Source of the DNA: Candidatus Omnitrophota bacterium
GTDB taxonomy: Bacteria > Omnitrophota > Gorgyraeia > Zapsychrales > Fredricksoniimonadaceae
Reading direction: 5' to 3'
DNA: 64,000 nt
Assembly: GCA_903861305.1 (NCBI GenBank)
Contig: CAIOTT010000049.1
Location: 4,265 to 68,264 of the forward strand
Every line of letters starts with the position of its first letter. The stretch's first letter is position 1. Below, piece by piece: positions 8,563-18,110 of the stretch. The notes under the pieces are model-generated. The model ran no database searches. It was not told the origin of the DNA and was given only the letters and a program-made list of their open reading frames with translations. Position numbers and translations under genes: made by a program.

Positions 8563-9687
8563 ATGACAGGACATATCGGATCGCTGAAGTCCAGCCGCGC
8601 TTTTATCGTGGCGCTGGCCATGCTTGGCGTATTGAATTTCGGCGCGTACAGGATCGCTGATGTTGCCGAGGACGGGACCAAGCAGGTCGTCAGGTGCAAA
8701 CGGCAATGGGCCCAGGGCGACTGGATCGCGAAGGAGGCCGGCGGCAGGGACATTGTCCTTTTTCTGGGCAACAGCAAGGTTTCCGCCGGGATCGTTCCGG
8801 AGCTTTTTGACCGCGCTAATGGCGGCAAGGTCATCTCCTTTAACATGGCCCTGCCCGCGTTGCCGCTGGGGCCGCATTATTTCCTGCTGAAAGAATATCT
8901 TCGGCACAATCCAGCGCCGAAATACATCGTGATGACACTGTCCCCCGGGGGCTTAAAACACGAGCTCATGCCGTATTACGCCCCCATCAACGCCGGTCTC
9001 GACGAAGTGGTCGCGTATTCATTCCTGAGGAAAGATGTCGATATCCTGATCAACCGCCTGTTCCCGCTAAGGTTCTACTGGCCGGAAATACGGAGATATT
9101 TTACCGGCAAGACGCTGGCTTTTATTTCGCAGAAAGTGAGCGAGCGCGAGCGCCGGGAATACGCGGGCGGTTCAGGAAAGAAAGAAACGTTCCGTCATGA
9201 CTGGGACCGCCTGTTCCATCTGAAGTATCTGGATTTTGAAAAGACCGCCCATCACAGGGAGGAACTGCTCAAGTCCAACAGGGGATACTATTTTATTGTT
9301 GAGCAGGCTGTGGTCGGCGGAGCACTGCCGGATGATTTTGAGGCGCAACGCGCACCACCGCGCGAGGCAGCGGGGGCGCCTGCCGTTCAGGGGGGCGGGG
9401 AAGAAAATGATCCGTTCGTGGCCAGGTTCTTTGATCTTGCGGCGTCGAAGAACATCCAGGTGATCCTTGTCGCGGATTATGTCCTTTCGGCCGCAGACCG
9501 CGGCCCCGGGGTCCTGCCGGATGAGTGGCGGCAGGCGCGCACCAGGTATCCCAATGTGACGTTCGCCCGGTTCGCGCCGCATTATTTTCCACCCCGGTTC
9601 TTTTCTGATCCAGGGCATGTCAATCCTATGGGGGCGGTCCGCTACACGTTAGAGATCGCGGCCGAGTTCAAAGCGTGCGCGCGCTAG
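8563..9687 (+). CDS. MBOAT-associated protein, SGNH/DltD/AlgJ-like (DUF1574-like) accessory acyltransferase
   Basis: Starts 1 nt after the MBOAT stop. It has an N-terminal TM/signal anchor and the block IVLFLGNSKVSAGIVPELF, which resembles SGNH block I. Position is typical for MBOAT partners. Confidence 0.45.
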   Translation: MTGHIGSLKSSRAFIVALAMLGVLNFGAYRIADVAEDGTKQVVRCKRQWAQGDWIAKEAGGRDIVLFLGNSKVSAGIVPELFDRANGGKVISFNMALPALPLGPHYFLLKEYLRHNPAPKYIVMTLSPGGLKHELMPYYAPINAGLDEVVAYSFLRKDVDILINRLFPLRFYWPEIRRYFTGKTLAFISQKVSERERREYAGGSGKKETFRHDWDRLFHLKYLDFEKTAHHREELLKSNRGYYFIVEQAVVGGALPDDFEAQRAPPREAAGAPAVQGGGEENDPFVARFFDLAASKNIQVILVADYVLSAADRGPGVLPDEWRQARTRYPNVTFARFAPHYFPPRFFSDPGHVNPMGAVRYTLEIAAEFKACAR

Positions 9688-9918
9688 CCCCGTTCCTGCG
9701 CCGCCATGCGCTGCTGGCGGCGATCATTGTTTGTTCCTTCCTGCCCGTCCTCAGGGAACGCGCAGCGGAGGCGGCATCAAACAGCTTGTCTTTTTAAGCG
9801 TTGATCAGTATTATAACAATATAGAAATACAGTAATCAGCTGCCCGATAATATTATTCAGGTCACAGAAGGCCGAGATATCATGGAAAGATCAAAAGCAT
9901 TGGCAGTAAATCGTTTAC

Positions 9919-10566
9919 ATGCGCGGGGGGGGGGTAAAGATGGCACCGCGGGTGGTGTTCTCCGTCGTCAGCCGTGTTGCTGATAAATTGACCCGCGTCT
10001 ATAACAAGGCGTTCGTTTCTCCCGAAGCGATCCGGGTTGATTTTCATAAAGAGCAGGGGTTCGCGTATTTCAGGCAGGGCGATTATGTCAAGGCCAGGGA
10101 TGCGTTCTTTCATTATCTCGGTGAGGTCGAGAGCCGCGACACCAGCATCCTTTACATGCTGGCCATGTGCTACAAGAACATGGATGAAGACAAGGAGGCT
10201 GCCGAGTTCCTGAGGAAAGCGGACCGGATCGCGAAGAACGATCCCCAGATCATTAATGCCCTCGGCGAGTCGTTGTACCACATTGAAGAATATCCCGAGG
10301 CGATCACTTTACTTATGAAAGCGGCCAGGCTCGATCCGCTCGACGCCGGTATTTATTACCGCCTCGGCGTTTGCCATGAAAAGATCAAGGACCATCAGGA
10401 GGCCGAGCGATTATACAAAAAAGCCATTGCGCTTGATGCCAGCCGGGTCGAATACCATCAGACGCTCGGGTTCCTTTACAAAGCCCAGGACCGGCACAAG
10501 GACGCGATCCAGTGCCTCAGAAAGGCGCTGGATGCCCAGTGGCGCCAAAAAAGGGCAGCAGGCTGA
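9919..10566 (+). CDS. TPR repeat protein
   Basis: TPR-like repeats occur (FAYFRQGDYVKARDAF, ILYMLAMCYKNMDEDKEAAEFLRKA, AGIYYRLGVCHEKIKDHQEAERLYKKAIALD). The true start may be ATG 9940, with the G-run acting as an SD-like element. Confidence 0.75.
   Translation: MRGGGVKMAPRVVFSVVSRVADKLTRVYNKAFVSPEAIRVDFHKEQGFAYFRQGDYVKARDAFFHYLGEVESRDTSILYMLAMCYKNMDEDKEAAEFLRKADRIAKNDPQIINALGESLYHIEEYPEAITLLMKAARLDPLDAGIYYRLGVCHEKIKDHQEAERLYKKAIALDASRVEYHQTLGFLYKAQDRHKDAIQCLRKALDAQWRQKRAAG
9925..9934. repeat. Homopolymeric G10 tract at the 5' end of the TPR gene
   Basis: Ten consecutive G read directly. The tract lies between candidate starts ATG 9919 and ATG 9940 and downstream of an out-of-frame ATG at 9882. 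Confidence 0.95.
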
Positions 10567-10617
10567 TCGTTCCAGCGGCACAGGACGACCGTTGAGATGA
10601 TCGCGGGAGGATGGGCC

Positions 10618-11226
10618 ATGGAAATACGATATTACCGGATGATCGTTCTTTGTGTCATGTTCGCCGCTGCGGCGCTCGCCGCGCGGGCTATGCTCGTGCC
10701 GTCATCCCCTCCTTTTTACATTTACCAGGACAAGAATTCAAAGAATCATTTCACGCCGTCGGGCTATATGCCTGATGGCCGCTGCATCACCATGGATGAT
10801 GCCTGGAAATTTAATGTAAAAGATGGCCGGACCTGCATACGTATAATGTATGATACGGAATGCTCCAGGGACAGGGAGAAATGGGCCGGGGTTTACTGGC
10901 AGAACCCTCCCAATAACTGGGGCTCTGTCAAAGGCGGGTTTGACCTGAGAGGGGTGCACAAGCTTGTATTTTGGGCGAGGGGTGAAAAAGGCGGCGAGCG
11001 TATCGCCGAGTTCAAGGTCGGCGGCATCGGGTCCGATCAGAAGTACCCGGATAGCGTTGCGGCCAGCCTGAGCCAGGTGGCGCTGACGCGGGAGTGGAAA
11101 GAATATGCCATTGACCTCCGCGGCAAGGACCTGTCCTATATCAGCGGCGGGTTCTCCTGGAGCGCCAGCATGGATGAAAATCCGCATGGCTGCGTTTTTT
11201 ATCTCGACGATATTCGCTTTGAATAG
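10618..11226 (+). CDS. Secreted protein with a probable beta-sandwich (carbohydrate-binding-module-like) domain
   Basis: GGGAGG lies 7 nt upstream of ATG 10618, and a signal-like segment is present (MIVLCVMFAAAALAARA). The fold call from VYWQNPPNNWGSVKGGFDLRGVHKLVFWARG..YLDDIRFE is inference. Confidence 0.5.
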   Translation: MEIRYYRMIVLCVMFAAAALAARAMLVPSSPPFYIYQDKNSKNHFTPSGYMPDGRCITMDDAWKFNVKDGRTCIRIMYDTECSRDREKWAGVYWQNPPNNWGSVKGGFDLRGVHKLVFWARGEKGGERIAEFKVGGIGSDQKYPDSVAASLSQVALTREWKEYAIDLRGKDLSYISGGFSWSASMDENPHGCVFYLDDIRFE

Positions 11227-11285
11227 AACGGGGCCGGACAGGACGAACGGGTTTGTTGATGATCATGACAAGGAGAGGCGAGAAA

Positions 11286-11600
11286 ATGAAAAGAATGACA
11301 TTGTTGTTGCTGGGCGTGTTCTTTTTGACTACGGCATCCTTTGCCGCAACGATGGAAGATCTGCAGGCTTTCCTGCGGCATCAGCAGGAAGAACGGGTCG
11401 CTTTTGACAAGCAGCAGCAGCAGGAGAGAGAAGTTTTCATGAAACAGAATCCCGACATTGCCGCCACGCTGGAACAGCAGCGTAAAGATGCCAGGGCCCG
11501 GGCTGAGGAGCGCGCCGCCAGAGGGCCGATGGATCTCAGGACGCCCGGGTCATCTCCTGCGCCATCGAAGGCCGATACGTCGGCAAAGGCAGGCAAGTGA
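11286..11600 (+). CDS. Small secreted Gln/Glu-rich coiled-coil protein
   Basis: AGGAGAGG lies upstream of ATG 11286. The signal peptide MKRMTLLLLGVFFLTTASFA is followed by a low-complexity QQQQERE region. Confidence 0.5.
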   Translation: MKRMTLLLLGVFFLTTASFAATMEDLQAFLRHQQEERVAFDKQQQQEREVFMKQNPDIAATLEQQRKDARARAEERAARGPMDLRTPGSSPAPSKADTSAKAGK

Positions 11601-11626
11601 TCGGGGGCCGTAACATTCGGGAAAAA

Positions 11627-14600
11627 ATGACCGTCAACCAACCTTCACATAAAACATCGCATTCTCACCTGCCCTTGCAGTTCACCAGCGGGGTGTTCCT
11701 TGCCATGTCCCGGGACATGCGCCGCTGGCCATGGATCCTTCTTGCCGCATTCAGCGTGAATCTCATCTTTTACTTTTTTCATGCCCAAAAGCCATGGGTC
11801 GGTTTCCTCTTCTTCAGCGGCATCGGCATCATCATGTCGTTGATCTGGTCCGAGCGCTCCAAAGCCGAGGCCGTGGCCCGGGACAGCCGCCAGCGGCTTG
11901 AGCTGGCTGTTAACGCCGCCCAAATGGGCACGTGGTCGTATGATTGTGTCAATGACAAACGTTTCTTTGACACGCAGTCCTGCCATGTCCTGGGCATTGA
12001 TCCGCTGACATTCGCCGGACATTCCCAGGAGTTCTTCCAGGTCATCCATCCTGATGACGTGCAAGAGGTCAAGGCGGCTATCGCGCACGCCCTGGAGCAA
12101 AAGGTCCCTTATGAAGCCGAGTACCGGGTCGTCCTTGAGGACGGGAATTTCAGGCATGTCGTATCCCGCGGGCGCGTTGTGTGCGACGGGCATGGCCGTC
12201 CGACAGGGATCAACGGCGTGGTTTGGGACGAAACGGACCGCAAGCACAGGGAAGTCCGCCAGAAATTGTTCATCGAGATCCAGCAGAGATTGAATTTTTC
12301 CAGCGACACCCCGTCATTGGTGCACGACATCGTAACCATGATCAAGGAGAGGTTGGGGGCTGACGCCGTGGGGTTGAGGATCGGCCTGGAAGGGGATTTC
12401 CCTTATTTTTCCCAAAGTGGTTTTCCGGATGATTTCATCAAAAAGGAACAGTTCCTGTGCGCGCGAGGTTTCGACGGGAAAGAGGTGTTGGATCAGAAGG
12501 GGCTGCCTGTCCTGGAGTGCGTCTGCGGCCATGTCATCGCCGGACGGGGTGATCCCCAGAAGCCGTTCTTCACCAGGGGCGGAAGTTTCTGGACCGGCCA
12601 CGCCGCACAGCTGGCGGCGCTCGCGCCGGACGGCAGCCTTGGCATCAATCCCCGCCTGCAGTGCGTTCGCTTCGGTTACCGTTCGATCGCCCTTGTCCCG
12701 GTCCGGGCCGGTGAGAGGATCATCGGCCTTCTTCAGGTCAACGCGCACAAGGAAGGGATGTTAACCCTTGAACTTGTCACGTTCCTGGAGGGGTTGGCCT
12801 GGAGCATCGGCACGGCGCTGGACAGCAAGCGGGTGGAGAACACCTCGCGCGAGACCGAGCGGCGCTTCGGGGCCATGTTCCACGCGAGCCGCGTTTCCAT
12901 CAGCCTTACATCCGTTGTGGATAGCCGGATGGTGGAAGTGAACGAGGCGTTCCTGAAATTGCTGGGCTATTCGCGTGACGAGGTGCTTGGCAAGACAGCC
13001 ATGGAGCTGGGCCTGTGGGCGTATCCTCCCGACAGGGAGAAGATGATCGACATGCTGAAGGCGAACAAGAAGACGGAAGGTTTTGAAACACAGTTCGTTG
13101 CGAAGACCGGCGAGCTCAAGGATGTGATCTTTATCGCCGAGCTGATCCATTCCGTCAAGGAAGAATATGTCCTGGGCATGGTCTACGATATCACCGAGCT
13201 CAAGCAGACCAAGCAGGCCCTGGCCAGGGAAAAGAACCTGCTCAGGACCCTCATTGACAGTATCCCCGACACGATCTATGCGACGGACATCAACGGGAGC
13301 AAGATCCTCGCGAATCCGGCTGACAGAAGGTTTTCCGGGAACTCCGACGCGGGCTTCACGGCGGACGACAGGACGGTCCTGGAACAGGGCCGCGCGGTCA
13401 TCAATCAGGAGGAGCTTATCGCGGATGTTTCAGGGGTCCAGCGCTGGATGCTGACGTCAAAGCTGCCGATCAGGGACAAGGACGGGCGGATCAGCGGGCT
13501 TGTCGGCATCGGGCGCGACATCACGGAACGGAAGCTTCTGGAGAGCAAGCTTGTCGTTATGGCGCAATACGACGCATTGACCAGCCTTCCCAGCCGCACG
13601 CTCTTTCTGGAGCGTGCCAACACCGGCCTGGCCCAGGCCCGGCGTCAGGGGGCCGTGTGTGCCATTCTTTTTGTCGATCTTGATCATTTCAAGAGCGTCA
13701 ACGACACGCTGGGCCACTCTGTAGGTGATGAGCTTCTGCGGGACAGCGCGCTCAAGATCAACGAGTGCGTGCGCGAGGTGGATACCGTGGCCCACCTGGG
13801 AGGCGACGAGTTCATTATTTTCCTTAACGGCCTTGATACCCCGCAGAGCGCCCAGGCCATTACCGAGCGCATCCGCGAAAAATTCAACAGTTCACGGCTG
13901 GTGGCCGGCAACGACCTTTTTATCACGGTGAGCATCGGCATCGCGGTTTATCCATATGACGGGGAGAACCTTGAGGATCTCCTGAAGAATGCCGATGCGG
14001 CCATGTACGCGGCCAAGGAGACCGGGCGCAACGGTTTTTGTTTCTTCGATGCTGTTATGAACCGCAAAGCCGTTGCCAGGATGCAGATCGAGCGCGGCCT
14101 GCGCGACGCCCGGCAACGCAACGAATTGAGGCTTTATTACCAGCCTATCGTGGCTGCGGTGGACGGACGTGTCCGCGGCTTTGAAGCGCTCCTGCGCTGG
14201 GCGCGTACGGAAGGCGGGATGGTGTTCCCTGACGAGTTCATCCCCGTGGCGGAGGAGACGGGCCTGATCATCCCCATAGGGGTGTGGGTCCTGGAGCAGG
14301 CGTGCTCTTTCAACAAGAGCCTCATTGATGCCGGGTTCGGGGACCTGGTCATGTCCGTCAATATATCTGTGGTCCAGCTGCGGCGCAAAAGCATCGTGGA
14401 TGTGATCCGTAAGGCGCTGGCTGACAGCGGCCTGCCGCCTGAATTGCTCGAGATCGAGGTCACGGAAAGCATCTGCATCAATTCTTTCGACGCTGCGATC
14501 GAGGCCCTTGAAGCCATCCGCGCGCTGGGTGTCAAGGTCTCGCTCGATGATTTCGGCACAGGATTTTCTTCCTTGAGCCATCTGCAGCGCCTGCCGATCT

Positions 14601-14863
14601 CCCATCTGAAGATCGATCGCGGGTTTGTCGGCGCGATGAAACCCGAGGGTGAAGGTTCGGACCTGATCCCCGCGATCATCATGCTGGCCCATCAGCTGAA
14701 ACTGCGCGTTGTCGCCGAGGGCGTCGAGAGCCGCATGCAGCTGGAGCGGCTGGTAAAGGAAGGGTGCGATTACTGTCAGGGGTATTTTTTCAGCCGGCCC
14801 ATGCCTCAGGACAGTGTCGTGCCTTTCCTGAAAGAGGCCAATGCGAAGGCCCCGCGCGGCTGA
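11627..14863 (+). CDS. Membrane-anchored PAS/GAF/PAS multi-sensor diguanylate cyclase-phosphodiesterase (GGDEF-EAL)
   Basis: TM segments are followed by PAS-like, GAF-like and further PAS blocks. The GGDEF motif is intact (HLGGDEFIIF) with an RxxD I-site (REVD) 5 residues upstream. The EAL motifs are intact (EALLRW, EVTES, DDFGTGFSS, QGYFFSRP). The start is uncertain (GTG 11597 or ATG 11627). Confidence 0.9.
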   Translation: MTVNQPSHKTSHSHLPLQFTSGVFLAMSRDMRRWPWILLAAFSVNLIFYFFHAQKPWVGFLFFSGIGIIMSLIWSERSKAEAVARDSRQRLELAVNAAQMGTWSYDCVNDKRFFDTQSCHVLGIDPLTFAGHSQEFFQVIHPDDVQEVKAAIAHALEQKVPYEAEYRVVLEDGNFRHVVSRGRVVCDGHGRPTGINGVVWDETDRKHREVRQKLFIEIQQRLNFSSDTPSLVHDIVTMIKERLGADAVGLRIGLEGDFPYFSQSGFPDDFIKKEQFLCARGFDGKEVLDQKGLPVLECVCGHVIAGRGDPQKPFFTRGGSFWTGHAAQLAALAPDGSLGINPRLQCVRFGYRSIALVPVRAGERIIGLLQVNAHKEGMLTLELVTFLEGLAWSIGTALDSKRVENTSRETERRFGAMFHASRVSISLTSVVDSRMVEVNEAFLKLLGYSRDEVLGKTAMELGLWAYPPDREKMIDMLKANKKTEGFETQFVAKTGELKDVIFIAELIHSVKEEYVLGMVYDITELKQTKQALAREKNLLRTLIDSIPDTIYATDINGSKILANPADRRFSGNSDAGFTADDRTVLEQGRAVINQEELIADVSGVQRWMLTSKLPIRDKDGRISGLVGIGRDITERKLLESKLVVMAQYDALTSLPSRTLFLERANTGLAQARRQGAVCAILFVDLDHFKSVNDTLGHSVGDELLRDSALKINECVREVDTVAHLGGDEFIIFLNGLDTPQSAQAITERIREKFNSSRLVAGNDLFITVSIGIAVYPYDGENLEDLLKNADAAMYAAKETGRNGFCFFDAVMNRKAVARMQIERGLRDARQRNELRLYYQPIVAAVDGRVRGFEALLRWARTEGGMVFPDEFIPVAEETGLIIPIGVWVLEQACSFNKSLIDAGFGDLVMSVNISVVQLRRKSIVDVIRKALADSGLPPELLEIEVTESICINSFDAAIEALEAIRALGVKVSLDDFGTGFSSLSHLQRLPISHLKIDRGFVGAMKPEGEGSDLIPAIIMLAHQLKLRVVAEGVESRMQLERLVKEGCDYCQGYFFSRPMPQDSVVPFLKEANAKAPRG

Positions 14864-14923
14864 TAGCATTAGCTCCCCATGGGGCGGTTTAAGCCGCAAG
14901 ATCGCGGAGACGATAAAAATAAG

Positions 14924-16057
<1,134 letters not shown>

Positions 16058-16122
16058 CGGATATTCTGGAAAGCCTGAGATCAGAGGTTAAGGACCTTGT
16101 TTTTTAGTGCCCTGACTTTCAA

Positions 16123-16171
16123 CACCACTCCCTGTTAACAGATGTTCATTAACAGGGAGTGGTGTTTTTTT
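16123..16171 (+). terminator. Rho-independent terminator of gap
   Basis: A perfect 16-bp stem pairs CACCACTCCCTGTTAA (16123-16138) with TTAACAGGGAGTGGTG (16149-16164). It has a 10-nt loop and is followed by T7. Confidence 0.85.
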
Positions 16172-16379
16172 GTCGGCAGGTTTTTTGCCATTATGGCGCA
16201 CAGGTTGCTTGCGGACACGCTGCTTTTCAGTAATGAGGTGGGCATGCCAGGCCGGGCATTTTGATCTGTCCGAGGGATTGATCGAGAAGGTCCTCTCCAT
16301 GTGAACGCCGTAGATCTCTTTTCCATCTTGCTTATAAGGATCTGGTCGATCAGACTAAAACAAACATAGGTAGGTAACA

Positions 16380-18089
16380 ATGGCACACGATCAGGAAGTC
16401 TCACGCCGTCGAATATTGTTGATAAAACTTCCGTGTGTTGCGTTCCCGGACGCAAAGGCCGGGGGCGATCGGGATTTTCACCGAAAGTCCGGTTATACGA
16501 CGGAACTCCCGCTGGGGCTTGCCGTCCTTGGGGCTTTTATAGACAAGTATAATAAACTGGACCTTCAGCTTAAAGCCGTTGATATTAATATCCTTGGGTA
16601 TACGGCACCGGGAAAGGGCGTTGATGAAGCATTGTTCAAGCCTCTGCTTTTGAAGACCATTGAAGAAGGCGCATATGATGTCCTGGCGCTGCAATGTGTT
16701 TTTGTATTTAATCATAAGTGGGTCCAATGCGCGGTGGAACATTCGAGGCGCTTTCATCCCAAAGCCAAGATCGTGCTGGGCGGCGGATATCCTACCCTTT
16801 TTCCCGAAAAGTGCTTAACGGATTATGATGTGGACCATGTGGTCATCGGGGAAGGCGAATCGGCTTTTTTGCATATTCTGAACGGTTATAACGCATTCCA
16901 GGATGATGCCTTTAGTGAGAAATTCCCGTTTGACGGGTATGGTTTGAAGCAATCAGATGGAAAGGCCCTGATCGTACCCAAGAAGCAATTTCTTCCGGGC
17001 GCCGAGATCGTGTCACCGGCGTGGCACTATTTCGATATCGAGACATATTTCAGGAACAGCGGCCGCAGGTCCATAACGGTGGAAGGCTGCCGGGGGTGTC
17101 CCTATCTTTGTACTTACTGTTCAACAGGATCGGCCTGGGGGAGAAATATCCGCTATAAACAGGTTGGTCAGCTTCTGGAAGAGATCAGGAGCATCGTCGA
17201 ACGCTATCAGCCAGATGAGCTGCTGTTTCCTGATGACAACATTGCTTTTGACGGGGCGTGGTTCAAGGGATTGTTGAACGGTCTTATTGCGCTCAAGCTC
17301 CCGGTAAAATTGAATTTTCTTCATTTTTCAGTAAAACATTTGAATGAAACAGTGCTTGATCTGCTGAAAGCAGCTCATGTTGAGCGCATTTGTTTCGCGG
17401 TTGAAACTGGCTCTCCGGAAGTTCAAAAGAGCATTCGTAAAAATCTGGATCTTGACCAGGTCAGGAAAGTGATGACTATGATCAAGGCCAGGAAACTGTA
17501 TACGCAGATATGCTGGATGATCGGGTTCCCACATGAAACGCTGGAGCAGGTCAAACAGACCCTTCGGCTGGTAAAAGAATTACGGGCAGAACACAATATG
17601 TTTTCACTGGTTGTTCCGTATCCCGGCACGGCCATGTTTGAGAGCGCGAACAAAGACGGTTTGCTGTCATTTGCTGATGACAGCCTGGATAATTATGACC
17701 GGCGCAAAGGCGGCCTTGTCCGTTCAGAGCAATGGACGCAGGCAGGGTTGCAGAACATGGCGTATGAAGTGAATATCGACGTTAATTTCCTTAACAATAG
17801 TTACTTGGATTCAGAGGAAGGCCGTGCTCATTTCCTGTTCGAGCTGGAAGGACTGACGGCTCGCCTGCCGGACCATGTGATCGTCAAGATCGTCCTGGGG
17901 CATTTGTACGGGCTTAAGAAAGACGAGCCGAAGCGCTCAGCCTGCTACGCCGCCGCGGCGAATTTGTTAAGAAGGGAAGATCTGCGGGATGTTTTCGGTA
18001 AATATTTTGAATGGGACCATCCGCTTATAAAAGAATTCCACGCTGCCAGGCCGGGCCTGGAACGCCCCAGCCCTGAAATTTTGAAATGA
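16380..18089 (+). CDS. Cobalamin-binding (class B) radical SAM enzyme
   Basis: The N-terminal B12-binding-like domain includes VVIGEGE. The radical SAM cluster motif is CRGCPYLCTYC (CxxxCxxC). Confidence 0.8.
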   Translation: MAHDQEVSRRRILLIKLPCVAFPDAKAGGDRDFHRKSGYTTELPLGLAVLGAFIDKYNKLDLQLKAVDINILGYTAPGKGVDEALFKPLLLKTIEEGAYDVLALQCVFVFNHKWVQCAVEHSRRFHPKAKIVLGGGYPTLFPEKCLTDYDVDHVVIGEGESAFLHILNGYNAFQDDAFSEKFPFDGYGLKQSDGKALIVPKKQFLPGAEIVSPAWHYFDIETYFRNSGRRSITVEGCRGCPYLCTYCSTGSAWGRNIRYKQVGQLLEEIRSIVERYQPDELLFPDDNIAFDGAWFKGLLNGLIALKLPVKLNFLHFSVKHLNETVLDLLKAAHVERICFAVETGSPEVQKSIRKNLDLDQVRKVMTMIKARKLYTQICWMIGFPHETLEQVKQTLRLVKELRAEHNMFSLVVPYPGTAMFESANKDGLLSFADDSLDNYDRRKGGLVRSEQWTQAGLQNMAYEVNIDVNFLNNSYLDSEEGRAHFLFELEGLTARLPDHVIVKIVLGHLYGLKKDEPKRSACYAAAANLLRREDLRDVFGKYFEWDHPLIKEFHAARPGLERPSPEILK

Positions 18090-18110
18090 GCTGTTCATTC
18101 CGGTTTATTA

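Noticed and set aside
16172-16379. Possible cobalamin riboswitch upstream of the first class B radical SAM gene.
   Set aside because: I could not find a B12-box-like element or the conserved GGUG/GCCACUG-type cores. Only a short GCCAGG match was present, which is insufficient.
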